A stretch of DNA of 64,000 nucleotides from Octopus vulgaris. Its lineage: Eukaryota. Below, piece by piece: positions 38,125-50,585 of this stretch (position 1 is the first letter of the stretch; each line of letters begins with the position of its first letter). The notes beneath the pieces were generated by a model that searched no databases, was not told the DNA's origin, and saw only the letters and a list, made by a program, of their open reading frames with translations. Location of the stretch: assembly GCA_951406725.2 (NCBI GenBank), contig OX597814.1, forward strand, positions 107,136,001 to 107,200,000, read 5' to 3'. Position numbers and translations under genes: made by a program.

Positions 38125-38595
<471 letters not shown>

Positions 38596-38881
38596 TATTA
38601 TATTCTATAGATACAGTGCCAGTAAAATACTGGATCTCGCTTCTATTCCTGCAATGTATCCTGGCTAGAATTTACAATCGAAAACTCAAAGCAGACCTCG
38701 AGGGGAAAGGGCAAGACACTGAAAAGGTCGCGAATGGCGACGAATGGACTTTGACGAATAAACAACCGACTGACTGTTTAATCAGCGCATTAAACAAACG
38801 ATCGTTCAATGAAGAAGTGATATTGAAGCGTGTGTTGTTATTGGCATAATGACCCTCCTAAGACACAAGACCAACACGATA

Positions 38882-38949
38882 CAGTTCTGTATTTAAGAGA
38901 TGAGGAATTATGTACATTATTTACTGCCGAAACGTTATGTTAACAACAA
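38882..38949. mobile_element. Internally deleted relic of the hammerhead-bearing inverted-repeat element
   Basis: CAGTTCTGTATTTAAGAGATGAGGAATTATGTACATTATTTAC (left terminus, as at 55286) is joined to GCCGAAACGTTATGTTAACAACAA (right arm). Confidence 0.7.
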
Positions 38950-39149
38950 GGCTGTTCAACTCGTACATCGAATTCGGAAGGTTGAAAAGCAAAGTCGACC
39001 TTGGCATCAGACGAGGGGGGGGGGGGCATTACAAGGACAATCTGCATAAAAAAGGTGCATGGAAGGGAGAAGAGGAGGAAATGAGATAAAAGTAAATAAA
39101 ATATGTGAACGTATCTTTGATGCAAAATTCCTGATGTAGGAGACACACC

Positions 39150-39770
39150 AATTTGGATTAACCAAGGAACCCAACGGATTCAGGATTACCCTGACACCAA
39201 ATGCACGAACTCTTGCTCAACTGTTCTCCAATCTAAAGGCACACGCTTACTGTAGGTTCATTCACCCTTGCCAGTTTTTCCGCAGTTACTCAAAGAAAGA
39301 GTATTTCTCTCTTCTTTCCTTTTCAAGCAGAATTCTAAAATAATCAATGAGGGCTTGGCCAAAGAGAAACGTTTCTGTCCTTAATCCTTCCAGCTTCGTC
39401 CACAACACGATCTCGTCCGCCATAGCAACGAAACAGACAAATACTGTTTGCTCTGCTTACTTAAAGGTGAGAGTGATGAGGCGACTCGCGACGAATTTAG
39501 CCGAGTTCGTCGTATATTCGACGACAGTTAGTCATCAGAACTCCACAAGTCAGCAACGCTCGATCACTGCTTGAGTGCAAACAGTGCAGTTTCATTGCTC
39601 TGAGTGAATCTCGGGCTGACCCACCGGGCGGTCGTTCCGTTCTCGTAGAGTTTATCTCGAACTGGCAGTGACCCCGCTGAGATTTCTAGAAGCCACAAAG
39701 TCTTTCGAACCAGACCAGTTAGTTCGTACTCCTTAATACCTTAAGTTCTTTCGAAGAACATCATCGCTTT
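39150..39770 (-). mobile_element. Tx1/L1-clade LINE ORF2 C-terminal relic
   Basis: Minus strand SLPVRDKLYENG...PRFTQSNETALFALKQ*SSVADLW (eroded zf-RVT: LP..D.L, C..C, E...H...C, W), then VFVCFVAMADEIVLWTKLEGL. Confidence 0.7.
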
Positions 39771-40051
39771 TACCCACTACCAGATTGCTATATATAGCTT
39801 TCGAATTTTGGCACAAGGCCAGCAATTTTGAAGAGGGATAAGTCTGTTACATCGACCCCGGTGCTCGACTGGTGCTTATTTTATCGAGCCCGAAAGGATA
39901 AAAAGTAAAGTTGATTTCTGTGGTATTTGAACTCAGAACATAAAGACGGACGAAATACCCTCTAAGCATTTTGTTCAGAACGATAACAATTCTGCTAGAT
40001 CACCACCGATATCTACATATTACCTACATCAATCTTCCACCGACCAATTTT

Positions 40052-42253
40052 GCCCGACTGTAAAGAACAGTGAGCGCCTGGCGAGACTGTACAGAGCAGT
40101 GAGGGCCTTGCGAGACTGTAGAGAGCAGAGAGCGCCTGGCGAGACTGTAGAGAGCATAGGGCGCCTGGAGAGACTGCAAGGAGCGGTGGGCGTCTGGCAA
40201 GACTGTAGAGAGCAGTGAGTGCCTTGCGAAACTGTAGAGAACAGTGAGGGCCTTGCGAGACTGTAGAGAGCAGAGAGCGTCTGGCAAGACTGTAGAGAGC
40301 AGTGAGGGCCTTGCGAGACTGTAGAGAGCAGAGGGCGCCTGGCGAGACTGTAGAGAGCAGAGAGTGCCTTGCGGAACTGTAGAGAGCAGTGAGCGCCTGG
40401 CGAGAATGTAGAGATCAGTGAGCGCCTTGCGAGACTGTAGAGAGCAGTGGGCGACTAACGAGACTATAGAGATCAATGAGCGCCTTGCGAGACTGTAGAG
40501 AGCAGTGAGCGACTGGCGAGACTGTAGAGAGCAGTGAGGGCCTTGCGAGAATGTAGACAGAAGAGGGCGACTGGCGAGACTGTAGAGAGCAGTGAGCGCC
40601 TGGCGAGACTGTAAAGAGCAGTGAGGGCCTTGCGGGTCTGTAGAGAGCAGTGAGCGCCTGGCGAGATTGAAGAGGGCAGTGAGAGCCTGGCGAGACTGTA
40701 GAGAGCAGAGAACTCCTTGCGGGACTGTTGAGAACAGAGAGAGACTGGCGAGACTGTACAGATCAGTGAGCGCCTTGCGAGACTCTAGAAAGCAGTGAGC
40801 GCATTGCAAAATTGTAGAGAACAGTGAGGGCCTTGCGAGACTGTAGAGAGCAGAGGGCGCCTGGCGAGAATGTAGAGAGCAATAAGCGCCTGGCGAGACT
40901 GCAAAGAGCAATGAGCGCCTGGCGACACTGTAGAGAGCAGTGAGTGCCTGGCGAGACTGTAGAGAACAGTGAGAACCTGGTGAGACTGTAGAGCGCAGAG
41001 AGCGCCTGGTGAGTCTGTAGAGAGCATAGACCGCCTTGCGAGACTGTAGAGAGCAGTGAGCGCCTAACGAGACTGTAGAGATCAATGAGCGCCTGGCGAG
41101 ACTGTAGAGAGCAGTGAGCGCCTGGTAAGACTGCAGAGAGCAGTGAGGGCCTTGCGAGACTGTAGAGTGGAGAGAGCGCCTGGCGAGACTGTAGAGAGCA
41201 GTGAGCGCCTGGCAAGACTGTACAGAGCAGTGAGGGCCTTGCGAGACTGTAGAGAGCAGAGGGCGGCTGCGAGACTGCAGAGAGCAGTGAGGGCCTTGCG
41301 GCACTGTAGAGAGCAGTGAGCGCCTGGCGAGATTAAAGAGAGCAGAGAGAGCCTGGCGAGACTGTTGAGAGCAGAGAGCACTTGCGAGACTGTTGAGAAC
41401 AGAGGGCGCCTGGCAAGACTGTACAGATCAGTGAGCGCCTTGCGAGACTGTAGAGAGCAGTGAGCCCCTGGCGAAACTCTAGAGAGCAGTGAGCGCCTTG
41501 CAAAACTGTTGAGAACAGTGAGGGCCTTGCGAGATTGTAGAGAGCAGAGGGCGCCTTGCGAGACTGTAGAGAGCAGAGAGCGCCTGGCGAGACTGTAAAG
41601 AGCAGTGAGCACCTGGCAAGACTGTAGAGAGCAGTGAGGGCCTTGCGAGACTGTAGAGAGCAGTTAGGGCCTTGCGGTTCTGTAGAGAGCAGTGAGCGCC
41701 TGGAGAGACTGTAGAGAGCAATGAGGGCCTTGCGCGACTGTAGAGAACACTGAACGCCTGGAGAGACTGTAGGGATCTGTGAGCGCCTAGCGAGTGTAGA
41801 GAGCAGTGAGCGCCTGGTGAGATTGTAGAGAGCAGTGAGCGCCTGTCGAGACTGTAGAGAGCAGTGAGTGCCTGTGGAGACTGCAGAGAGCAGTGAGCGC
41901 TTGGCGAGGCTGTAGAGAGCAGTTAGGGCCTTGTGGTTCTGTAGAGAGCAGTGAGCACCTGGCGAGACTGTAGAAAGCAGTGAACGCCTTTCGAGACTGT
42001 AGAGGGCAGTGAGCACCTGGCGAGACTGTTGAGAGCAGCGAGCGCCTGGCGAGACTATAGAGATCACTGAACTCCTTGCGGTTCTGTAGAGAGCAATAAG
42101 CGCCTGGCGAGACTGTTGAGAGCAGTGAACACCTGGCGAGACTGTAGAGAGCAGTAAACGCCTGGCGAGACTGTAGGGAGCAGTGAACACCTGGGGAGAC
42201 TCTAGAGAGCAGTGAGCGCCTGGCGAGACTGTAAAGAGCAGTGAACGCCTTGC
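40052..42253. repeat. 29-bp GC-rich minisatellite, about 75 copies (GCGAGACTGTAGAGAGCAGTGAGCGCCTG)
   Basis: Head-to-tail units without spacers; copy number estimated from length/29. Confidence 0.97.
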
Positions 42254-42254
42254 T

Positions 42255-42525
42255 AGTTTGTAGATGGAAACTGAAAGAAGCTCGTCGTATACATATATAA
42301 ATGTGTGTGTGTGTGTATTTGCCTGTCTGTGTTTGTCCCTCACCATCACTTGACACCGATGTTGGTGTGTTTACGCCCCTGTAACATAGCGGTTCGGCAA
42401 AAAAGACCGATAGAATAAGTACTAGGCTTACAAAGAATAAGTCCTGGGTGGCGATTTTTTCGACCATGGGTAGTCCTCCAGCACGGCCACAGTTGAATGA
42501 CTGAAACGAATAAAAGAATAAAAGA
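42255..42525 (+). mobile_element. SINE family C, 3' two-thirds
   Basis: Begins at tttgtagatggaaactgaaagaagc directly after the minisatellite. Confidence 0.85.
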
Positions 42526-43596
42526 ATGCAAGAACACAACGAAAACGAATATAGAATGTCGTCATCAGAGACTGATGTGACGTTCGTTTCAGCCAGTTTT
42601 ATTTCACCAGAAAACAATGGCATTACTAAAAAAGATTCATTTCTTACTTTGTCTCATCGTACAATAATATAGTTTTAGTTCGAGTCGTCAAATGGAGAAC
42701 CACAATGTAGTCGCTGGACCAGCTAGAAATAACTGAAGCATGCCTCAAATCCCATAAAGAGGACATATTGGATAATGCGGCCCTTGCATAAAGAAAGAAT
42801 ACAGGATGGTTACGGTGAGAATATCTTTGAGGATAAGTCTACTCAAGCAGGGACGACCTGGGAATAAACAACATCAATATCTTCAGTTTGTGCTGCCATC
42901 GAGAGAGCCGCTGGTTTGGCTATTGTTGCTAGGGTACATGTCGTTTTGTTTTTCGATTGAACCCAGCTCGATTTTGTGGCAGTATTTATCTTTCAAAGCA
43001 CGCAGGGCCTTCGGTTTGATGAGGATATTTTCTGGCCCTAAACAACAACGATAACAACAATATCTCATCTCTTCAGTTTATATTTCCAATCAGATTTTTA
43101 ACACTCCAAATCGTCTCTAATCCTTCAGCACCAGAAACCATTTATTAATTTTTACTGAAGTGATCTTTTACTTTTGTTTCTGGAAAACCAGCAATTGCCA
43201 ACTCAGTAAATTGTTCCAAATGTCTTTAAAGAAAAGCGAACCATTTATTTTAAGTACCAAAATCTTAGGATTACCATTTGTTGCAATAAAGACGAACTGG
43301 TGTCCATTGGAAGAACTAAAAGACTCTGACCGAACGGTGCTTGAATCAAGTCACCACCTTGTCAGAAGTCTGGAACTCATTCTCATCATCTTTATCGTTA
43401 TGGTTCTGTGCCACCATAAACGAAGACCCTGGTGCCACAGTGAGGTCCTTATAAACGTTTTTTTATATCAAGGGCACAGTTTTATTGTTGTTGTTTCAAT
43501 CTTTTGTTAGAAGTAAAAAAAAATGGTTTAAATCTTTTTTTAATGTCGCGTTGCTGAAAACTGGGTCTTCGAATTTACTTGTAGCACATTGCATTG

Positions 43597-44335
43597 TGAA
43601 GGCACGTGACTCAGTGGTTAGGGTATTCAATTCATGGTCGTGGGTTCGATTCGTGGCGGCGCGTCATGTCCTTGAGCAAGACACTTTATTCCATGTTGCT
43701 CCAGTCCACTCGGCTGGCAAAAATGAGTTGTACCAGTAATTCAAACGGTCAGCCTTGTCACATTCGGTATGTCATACTGAATCTCCCTGAGATTTACGTT
43801 AAGGGTATGCATGTCCGTGGCGAACAAGGCGGCGAACTGGCAGAATCGTTAGCACGCCGGGAAAAATGCTTAGCGGTATTTCGTCTGCCGCAACGTTGTG
43901 AGTTTAAATTCCCCCGAGGTCGACTTTGCCTTTCATCCTTTCGGGGTCGATAAATTAAGTACCAGTTACGCACTGGGGTCGATGTAATTGACTTATACCT
44001 ATGTCTGTCCTTGTTTGTCCCCTCTATGTTTAGCCCTTTGTGGGTAGTAAAGAAATAGGTATTTCGTCTGCCGCTTCGATCTGCCGAGGTCGACTTTGCT
44101 TTTCATCCTTTCGGGGTTGATAAATTAAGTACCAGTTGCACACTGGGGTCGATATAATCAACTTAATCCGTTTGTCTGTCCTTGTTTGTCCTCTCTGAGT
44201 TTAGCCCCTTGTGAGTAGTAAAGAAATAGGCATGCATGCCCGTGGAGTACTAAGCCACTTGCACGTTAATTCCACAAGCAGGCTGTTCCGCTGATCGGAT
44301 CAACTGGAACACTCGTTATCATAACCAAAGGTGTG
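43597..44335 (+). mobile_element. tRNA-derived SINE with head 2 + family A tail 1, interrupted by a family B dimer (43828-44230)
   Basis: TGACTCAGTGG...GGTTCGATTC head, GTCCTTGAGCAAGACACTT block, then tail 1; ATGCATG(T/C)CCGTGG is duplicated around the B insert. Confidence 0.8.
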
Positions 44336-44609
44336 CACTCCCACCATCACCTTCTTTTTCAGCATATTCCAAGGAATGAAGGAACGGGATAGAAACACTT
44401 CTTCGCCAAAGTTGTCAACTGCCTCCATAAGACAGACAGACATAAAACGACAGAATTAAATTTAAATTCAAATATGGCTTTTCGTGAGGCTTACTACGGT
44501 AGAGATACCCCACCAAGGGTTCCTACTGAAACAGCCTCATAAATATTCCTGATGATTCCACCACGTAGGGACCAAACCTATTTATGAAAGATTTTTGCTA
44601 TAACAATAT

Positions 44610-44975
44610 AGGCACAGGTATGGCTGTGAGGCAAGAAGTTTGCTTTCCAACCACATGGTTCCGGGTTCAGTCCCACTGCGTAGCACTTTGGGTAAGTCTC
44701 TTCTTTTACGGTTTTGGGCCGACCAAAGCCTTGTGAGTGGATTTGGTTAACGGAAACTGAAAGAAGCCCGTCCTATGTGAGTGCGCGCGCGCATGTATGT
44801 GACCACCACTTGACAACCAATATTGGTTTGTTTACATCCCCGTAACCTAGCGGTTCAGCAAAATAGACCGATAGAATATATGCCAGGCTTTAAAAAAATA
44901 CTAGGGACGATTCATTCAACAAAAAATTCTTCAAGATAGTGCACCAAATGAGGGAAACGAGTAAATGATAAAAGA
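44610..44975 (+). mobile_element. SINE family C
   Basis: Match to 35775-36170. Confidence 0.85.
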
Positions 44976-44993
44976 TGACATTATTCCACCATA

Positions 44994-45377
44994 ATAAGAT
45001 GACGAGCTGGCAGAATCGTTAGCACGCTGGACGAAATGCATAGCAGTAGTTCGTCTACAGTTACGTTCTGAGTTCAAATTCCGCCGAGGTCGACTTTGCC
45101 TTTCATTCTTTCAAGGTCGATTAAATAAGTACCAGTTACGCACTGGGGTCGATATAATCAACTTAATCCGTTTGTTTGTCCTTGTTTGTCCCTTCTGTGT
45201 TTAGCTCCTTGTGGGTAGTAAAGAAATAGGTATTTCGACTGCCGCTACGTTCTGGGTACAAATTCCGTCGAGGTCGACTTTGCCTTTCATCCTTTCGGGG
45301 TCGATAATTTAAGTACCAATGAAACACTGGGGTCAATGCAATCAACTAGTCCCCTCTCACCAAAATTCCAAGAAAGG
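44994..45377 (+). mobile_element. SINE family B dimer with 14-bp TSD
   Basis: ATTATTCCACCATA at 44980-93 and 45378-91. Confidence 0.9.
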
Positions 45378-45752
45378 ATTATTCCACCATATTTCATGTT
45401 CCTTAATACACATTTTTGTCGAAGGATTCTCAAAGACACTGTATTTTTGTCTTATCTTCCGATAGATATGTCATCCATGAGAGTTACCATCTCGTTCCTG
45501 GCGGTCGGTTAGGTTCAGCAGAAATATGTCTAACGTTCACATCGACTCTTCATGAAAACAAAGCTTGATTAGTTGATTGTTCTCGGTAAAATATTCCAGC
45601 TGTGACCAGACCACGTTTGACGTTCAACAGATGGTTCCCTCTCCAAATAATGTTTATTCTTAGACAATCAACTGTATTGTCATGTGTGGGGAAAAGTAGT
45701 CATCCAAATATAGTTAAAATAACAGCTAAACAGGCCTCAAATGACACCAGCA

Positions 45753-46277
45753 CTGTGGTTCTCAACCATTTTTTAACCCATGAATTCCTTTGATTCGTAG
45801 TTTACTCGGATGTGCCCTCATAGTCACTCGATGTTTAAAAAGTCCTATTATATTTTTAGAATGAAATATTATTAAGATCTTCAGTTGTGTCTGGGGAGAG
45901 TCATTCTCTTTTAGTGCCTTATGATTTGACACACTCACCGGTAAAGTTTCCACTCGTTTATTTATTTTTCTAGAATTTTCGTTGCGTCTTGCAACCTTTT
46001 CAAAAGTTGTTGACTCTGTTAATCAAGCTGCGTTCTTATAAGGCACAAAAAGAAAATGACTCTCCCCAGACACAACAGAATATGCTTCAACACACGAACT
46101 CACATAAAGAATCTTGAAAACCAAATCTAAAAACGAACTATTATTAGGAATTGTATGAGAAATTCGTTAAATATTTTGTATATTCTAGAAATATGATCAA
46201 TTTAATGCATGTAATTTTAAGTAAAAAAAAGTCTATGAATCGCCGAGGGACATTTGAACCGCGGTTGAGAAACGCTG
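45753..46277. mobile_element. hAT (Charlie-like) MITE, degenerate
   Basis: TIRs CTGTGGTTCTCAACC / GGTTGAGAAACGCTG resemble CAGTGGTTCTCAACC. Confidence 0.6.
45884..46076. mobile_element. Inverted-repeat insertion carrying a variant hammerhead on the minus strand (45973-46003)
   Basis: Arms GTTGTGTCTGGGGAGAGTCATT..GTGCCTTAT / ATAAGGCAC..AATGACTCTCCCCAGACACAAC. Minus strand reads TTGAAAA G GTTGC AAGAC GCAAC GAAAA TTC. Confidence 0.65.
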
Positions 46278-46462
46278 CTTTAGCGTCTCAAAAATGAGAC
46301 AAAAACAAAAGAATAGTGGACGATGTAGCCGGGCTATTTGAGGTTGGATTGTCTGTTATCATAGGTCTGTTTGTTTACAAGAGTTATACCAAAAGCTGTT
46401 TCGTATGTGAAGGGGTAACCGAGAATGTTAGGACAGTAGAAAAGAGAAAGTTGTGACATTTA

Positions 46463-46970
46463 CCGTAAATCCTCGAGTATAATCCGCATTTTTTCCCCAA
46501 AATCCCTAGTGCGTACTAAATACGAGATTAAAAATGAAAAATATTTTCTAAGCAATGCCCGAGTCTCTATTTGCTGTTCGGCAATGTTTATTCAGATGCA
46601 TTTTGTGATGTCGGGCGCGAAAATACCTTCAACTAAGCCTGAAAGCAATGAAGTCATAAAAGCATCATCCATAACTTGCAGTAAGCAACATTTATTAAAA
46701 TAAAAGTATTCAGAACACAGAATAACATGTAACAAAAACAATTTGCAAACATATTTACATTCTCATATAACAGTTAAGAACATCACCATTATTGTATTAC
46801 GCATGCGCGGAAGTGTTTGTTCAACTAGGTGCTGCTGGCTTAATTACGCACGACTCAAGCTAGAGAAGGGGTGCGTATTATACACAAGGTTTAGGTTTTT
46901 CAGAAGTACAGCCCCCTACAAAACCCCTGCATATTATACTCAAGGGCGGAATATACTCGAAAATTTACGG
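46463..46970. mobile_element. Tc2/Kanga-like MITE, second copy
   Basis: TA|CCGTAAATCCTCGAGTATAA...TATACTCGAAAATTTACGG|TA. Confidence 0.88.
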
Positions 46971-46999
46971 TACTCTGTTTGTAACAAAGTTAACAATTT

Positions 47000-47375
47000 A
47001 AACAAGGACACTCAGAGAGTGCAACCCCCCACCAAGGCAACCCCAACGTCTTCTCAACGATTAGCCGGAGATTATTTTTAAAATGAGAATATCTGAAATA
47101 AACTCGACTGCTCTCTCAAACGAGAATACTAAAAATGAACCCGACCGCTCTCAAAAATTAAGTAAAACAAAAAAAACAGGAGAAATAATCCAAAATCCTT
47201 GTCCGGTGCCGGATCGATTCCAAAATCTAATCAGTTCGTGCCAGTCACTAGGTCAAACATCCCTGAAAGTTTCATCCGAATCTATCCAGGGGTTCTTGAG
47301 ATATCTGGTCCACGGACAGACAAACAAACGCAACTGAAAACAATACCTCCGCCTTTGCTAAAGCGGAAGAAATAA
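47000..47375. mobile_element. Helentron-associated (HINE/DINE-1-like) non-autonomous element
   Basis: Starts AACAAG in an A-run, has a GGACAGACAAACAAAC microsatellite, then AAAACAATA and a subterminal hairpin CCTCCGC..GCGGAAG before AATAA. Confidence 0.7.
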
Positions 47376-47456
47376 AGAGAAATGTTTCACTCGAGATTAC
47401 CAAATGGTGTCCAAGTACAACCTCGGTTTTGCTGCTATTATCGGTGTGCATATCAA

Positions 47457-48075
47457 GGCGGCGAGCTGGCAGAAACGTTAGCACGCCGGGCGAAATGCTT
47501 TGAGGTATTTAATCTGCCATTATGTTGTGAGTTCAAATTCCGCCGAGGTCGACTTTGCTTTTCGTCCTTTCGGGGTCGATAAATTAAGTACCAGTTACGC
47601 ACTGGGGTCGATATAATCGACTTAATCCGTTTGTCTGTCCTTGTTTGTCCCCTCTATGTTTAGCCCCTTGTGGGTAATAAAGAAATAGGTATTTCATCTG
47701 CCGCTACGTTCTGAGTTCAAATTCCGCCGAGGTCGACTTTGCCTTTCATCCTTTCGGGGTCGATTAAATAAGTACCAGTTACGCACTGGGGTCGATATAA
47801 TCGACTTAATCCGTTTGTCTGTCCTTGTTTGTCCCTTCTGTGTTTAGCTCCTTGTGGGTAGTAAAGAAATAAGCAAGTTGGCAGAATCGTTAACGTGTCG
47901 GGTAAAATAGCGGTATTTCGTCCGTATTTACATTCTGAGTTCAAATTCCGCGGAGATCGACTTTACCTTTCATCCTTTCGGGGTCGATAAAATAAGTACC
48001 AGTCAAGCACTGGAATTGATGTAATCGACTTCCCAGCTCCCCCAAACTAGCTGGCCTTGCACGAAAATTCGAAGC
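47457..48075 (+). mobile_element. SINE family B cluster (dimer plus adjacent monomer)
   Basis: Three family B body units. Confidence 0.9.
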
Positions 48076-49750
48076 TTTTACATATAGCAGCGGGTAACTC
48101 TTACACATTCACACTATAATAGGTTATTGTATACAGCAACTCTTTCACAGATTGGTAAATAGTTGTACACAGCAATCTTCACGCAGTGAGATCAATTGAG
48201 CAGACGGGATTGCAGGCCGATACGATAGATGGTAGTCAACCTAATTGATCTGGTATCCATTCTTAACGGCTAATAAATGGGTTTACACACGCACACACGC
48301 ACAAAAGCACATCGAAAATTCCAGTAGATATTTAATCTCAAGATCTGTGAAAATAGTGTCTTTACTCCATAATTTCGTCTGTTACTGTCTTTAATAATGG
48401 TGTTAATAGCGTAACTGGGAAGGGGGTTCCACTCCAGGAGACGCTTTTATGGAGGCGGCACTTTTGGGTTTGTTGCTGGAGATGGCAGGGAGGCACACTG
48501 AAGAGCTGCTTCCAAGCGGCACTCACGCAAGTTCTGTCACTGTTGTTTATGTTGCGGATCAACCTTGATCAAACAACTAGAATCAAGGACATTCTGTCCA
48601 GGGCTTTCCTCAAGACCAGTTTATCTAATGTATCTCTAATTTTGTTTCTAACATATGGGATTTTATGGAGATCAAACCAAGGCCAGGATTAACATCAAGA
48701 AAATGGAGACGTCACTTCTTTTTTTCTTTTCAGTGTCGGATTTTTTTTTTTAATAAGGAGCAAGTAGTAAATCGGAAAAGTTATTTTTAAAACAATGAGT
48801 AAGGAAATTGTTGTAAATATTACATTGTTTTCTTGTCGCCCTTCTTATAAATTACTCACTTATATTATGGCTGTTTACTGTTGAGTAAATAATATCTTAA
48901 ATTGACTGTATGGCGGTGAGCTGACAAAATGCTTAGCGACATTTCCAAGTTCAAATTCCGCCGTGGTCGACTTTGCCTTTCATATTTTTGGGTCGATCAA
49001 AAAAAAGTACCAGTTAAGCAATGAGGTCAATGTAATCGACTTACTCCCTTCCGAAAATTGTTGGCCTTGAACCAGAATGTGAAAGCAATATTGTAACAAA
49101 TGCTAATAGATGTGCACCACGAATTAAGACTGCAACGCAGTTTCGATTCTAGCATCGCACAACTTCTCTTAATTTATATCTTTAACGTCCTTTGGGAGAC
49201 AGATGAAGGCCTAACATCCTCTTTTACCACCGAACATATAAAGTTATGTGCCTAGTAACAGCAAAAACCATTACGTAAGTAATATGTATTGATGAACTCA
49301 GACGGAATATTTTGAAAACAAGACAAACATATGGGAAAATGTAATGTTGTGATATTCATGACTTTTCCCAACAATATTGGCATATTGGCATCGTAAACGA
49401 AACGTGCTGGTGGCACTTCTCGACGGTGAAAGAATCGGTGGCAAGGTGGTTATCGAAGCATTTTTCAATCGAACCGAAACTGGATTGGGATAATGGAATG
49501 GGGGAGGCGGGGGAATGTTGTGGATTAGGGTTATAGGAGGAGGTTGTTATGGATTAGGGTAATAGGAGGAGGATGTATTAGAGGACAAAGAAGATAAAGA
49601 GGAAAGGACTGACAGCTGGGCGTGTTATTTAGACGGACGGATGGACGGATGGATGAAGGGATGGAGGGATGAAGGGATAGAGAAAGACAGGCAAGCATTC
49701 AGTCAGACGCATAGATGCACTGGGACAGACAGACAGACAGACAGACAGAC

Positions 49751-49829
<79 letters not shown>

Positions 49830-49839
49830 TTCACTGCCT

Positions 49840-49862
49840 CTATCAGACTGTCAGTGAGACAG

Positions 49863-49915
<53 letters not shown>

Positions 49916-50320
49916 AAGAAAGAAAGAAATAAAGAAAGAAAAGAGTGAACGAGATGGCTAGGATCGCCTGATAGAATGACAACAAAACAGTTTAGTGATA
50001 AAGGAGAGAGAGTGGGGAGTTGTATTGGAAGATAAATACGGTAAAAAACAGGAATAGGCGAAGAAAGAGAGAGCGTGTGGTTCAGGTAGACGAATGTAAA
50101 CAAAACGGAACAGACATCAACAGAGAGAAAGAAAGAGATGAATGAAAGGAAAAAGGAGGAGAGAAAGAAGTGAATGGGTGTAGAGAAAACGAGAGAGAAA
50201 GCAATGAAGATGAATTAAAGGAAAAAGTAAGAGAGAGAAAAAAAGAATGAAAGATGAATGAAGTGAAAGAGATGAGAGGAAGGAGGAGGAGATATGAATA
50301 AAACGAGGAAGAGAAGATTT
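49840..50320. repeat. GA-rich polypurine tract upstream of the promoter
   Basis: Direct inspection. Confidence 0.75.
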
Positions 50321-50324
50321 TATC

Positions 50325-50415
50325 GAGCAGATTGGTCGAGTTCTTGGGTCGGTCGTCAACAGCTGTATTGGTACGGCAAGGCTATTTGCGTAACAAAGCA
50401 AGCTTTTTAGTGCTG
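50325..50415 (+). promoter_or_regulatory. Putative promoter of the VAT1L-like gene
   Basis: Two ATTGG (reverse CCAAT) boxes at 50331 and 50367, E-box CAGCTG at 50360, bZIP-like TTGCGTAA at 50386, Inr-like TTAGT at 50407. CpG-retaining unique sequence ~170-260 bp before the ATG. Confidence 0.5.
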
Positions 50416-50585
50416 CTTCATATACTTAAATCCACAACAATTCACAAGAAAATACACACATTGCTTATACGCAGAGATTTAAACATAAATATATACATTT
50501 TGTTTCCCCCTCGCATATTTTGTATTGAAGTCTGAATAAGTCTAAAATATATTTTGTTTAAACTACTGGAAACTGTTAAGTAACC

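Noticed and set aside
40052-42253. CRISPR-like array
   Set aside because: Units are contiguous with no unique spacers, there are no cas genes, and the context is eukaryotic.
40024-42623. Long minus-strand ORFs (426, 338, 278 aa)
   Set aside because: Produced by a 29-bp repeat with no stop codon on that strand; the peptide simply cycles through three frames.
43170-43330. Gypsy integrase remnant on the minus strand (FIATNGNPKILVLKINGSLF)
   Set aside because: Only a faint resemblance to the G.P..LV.DNG motif; not supportable without a profile search.
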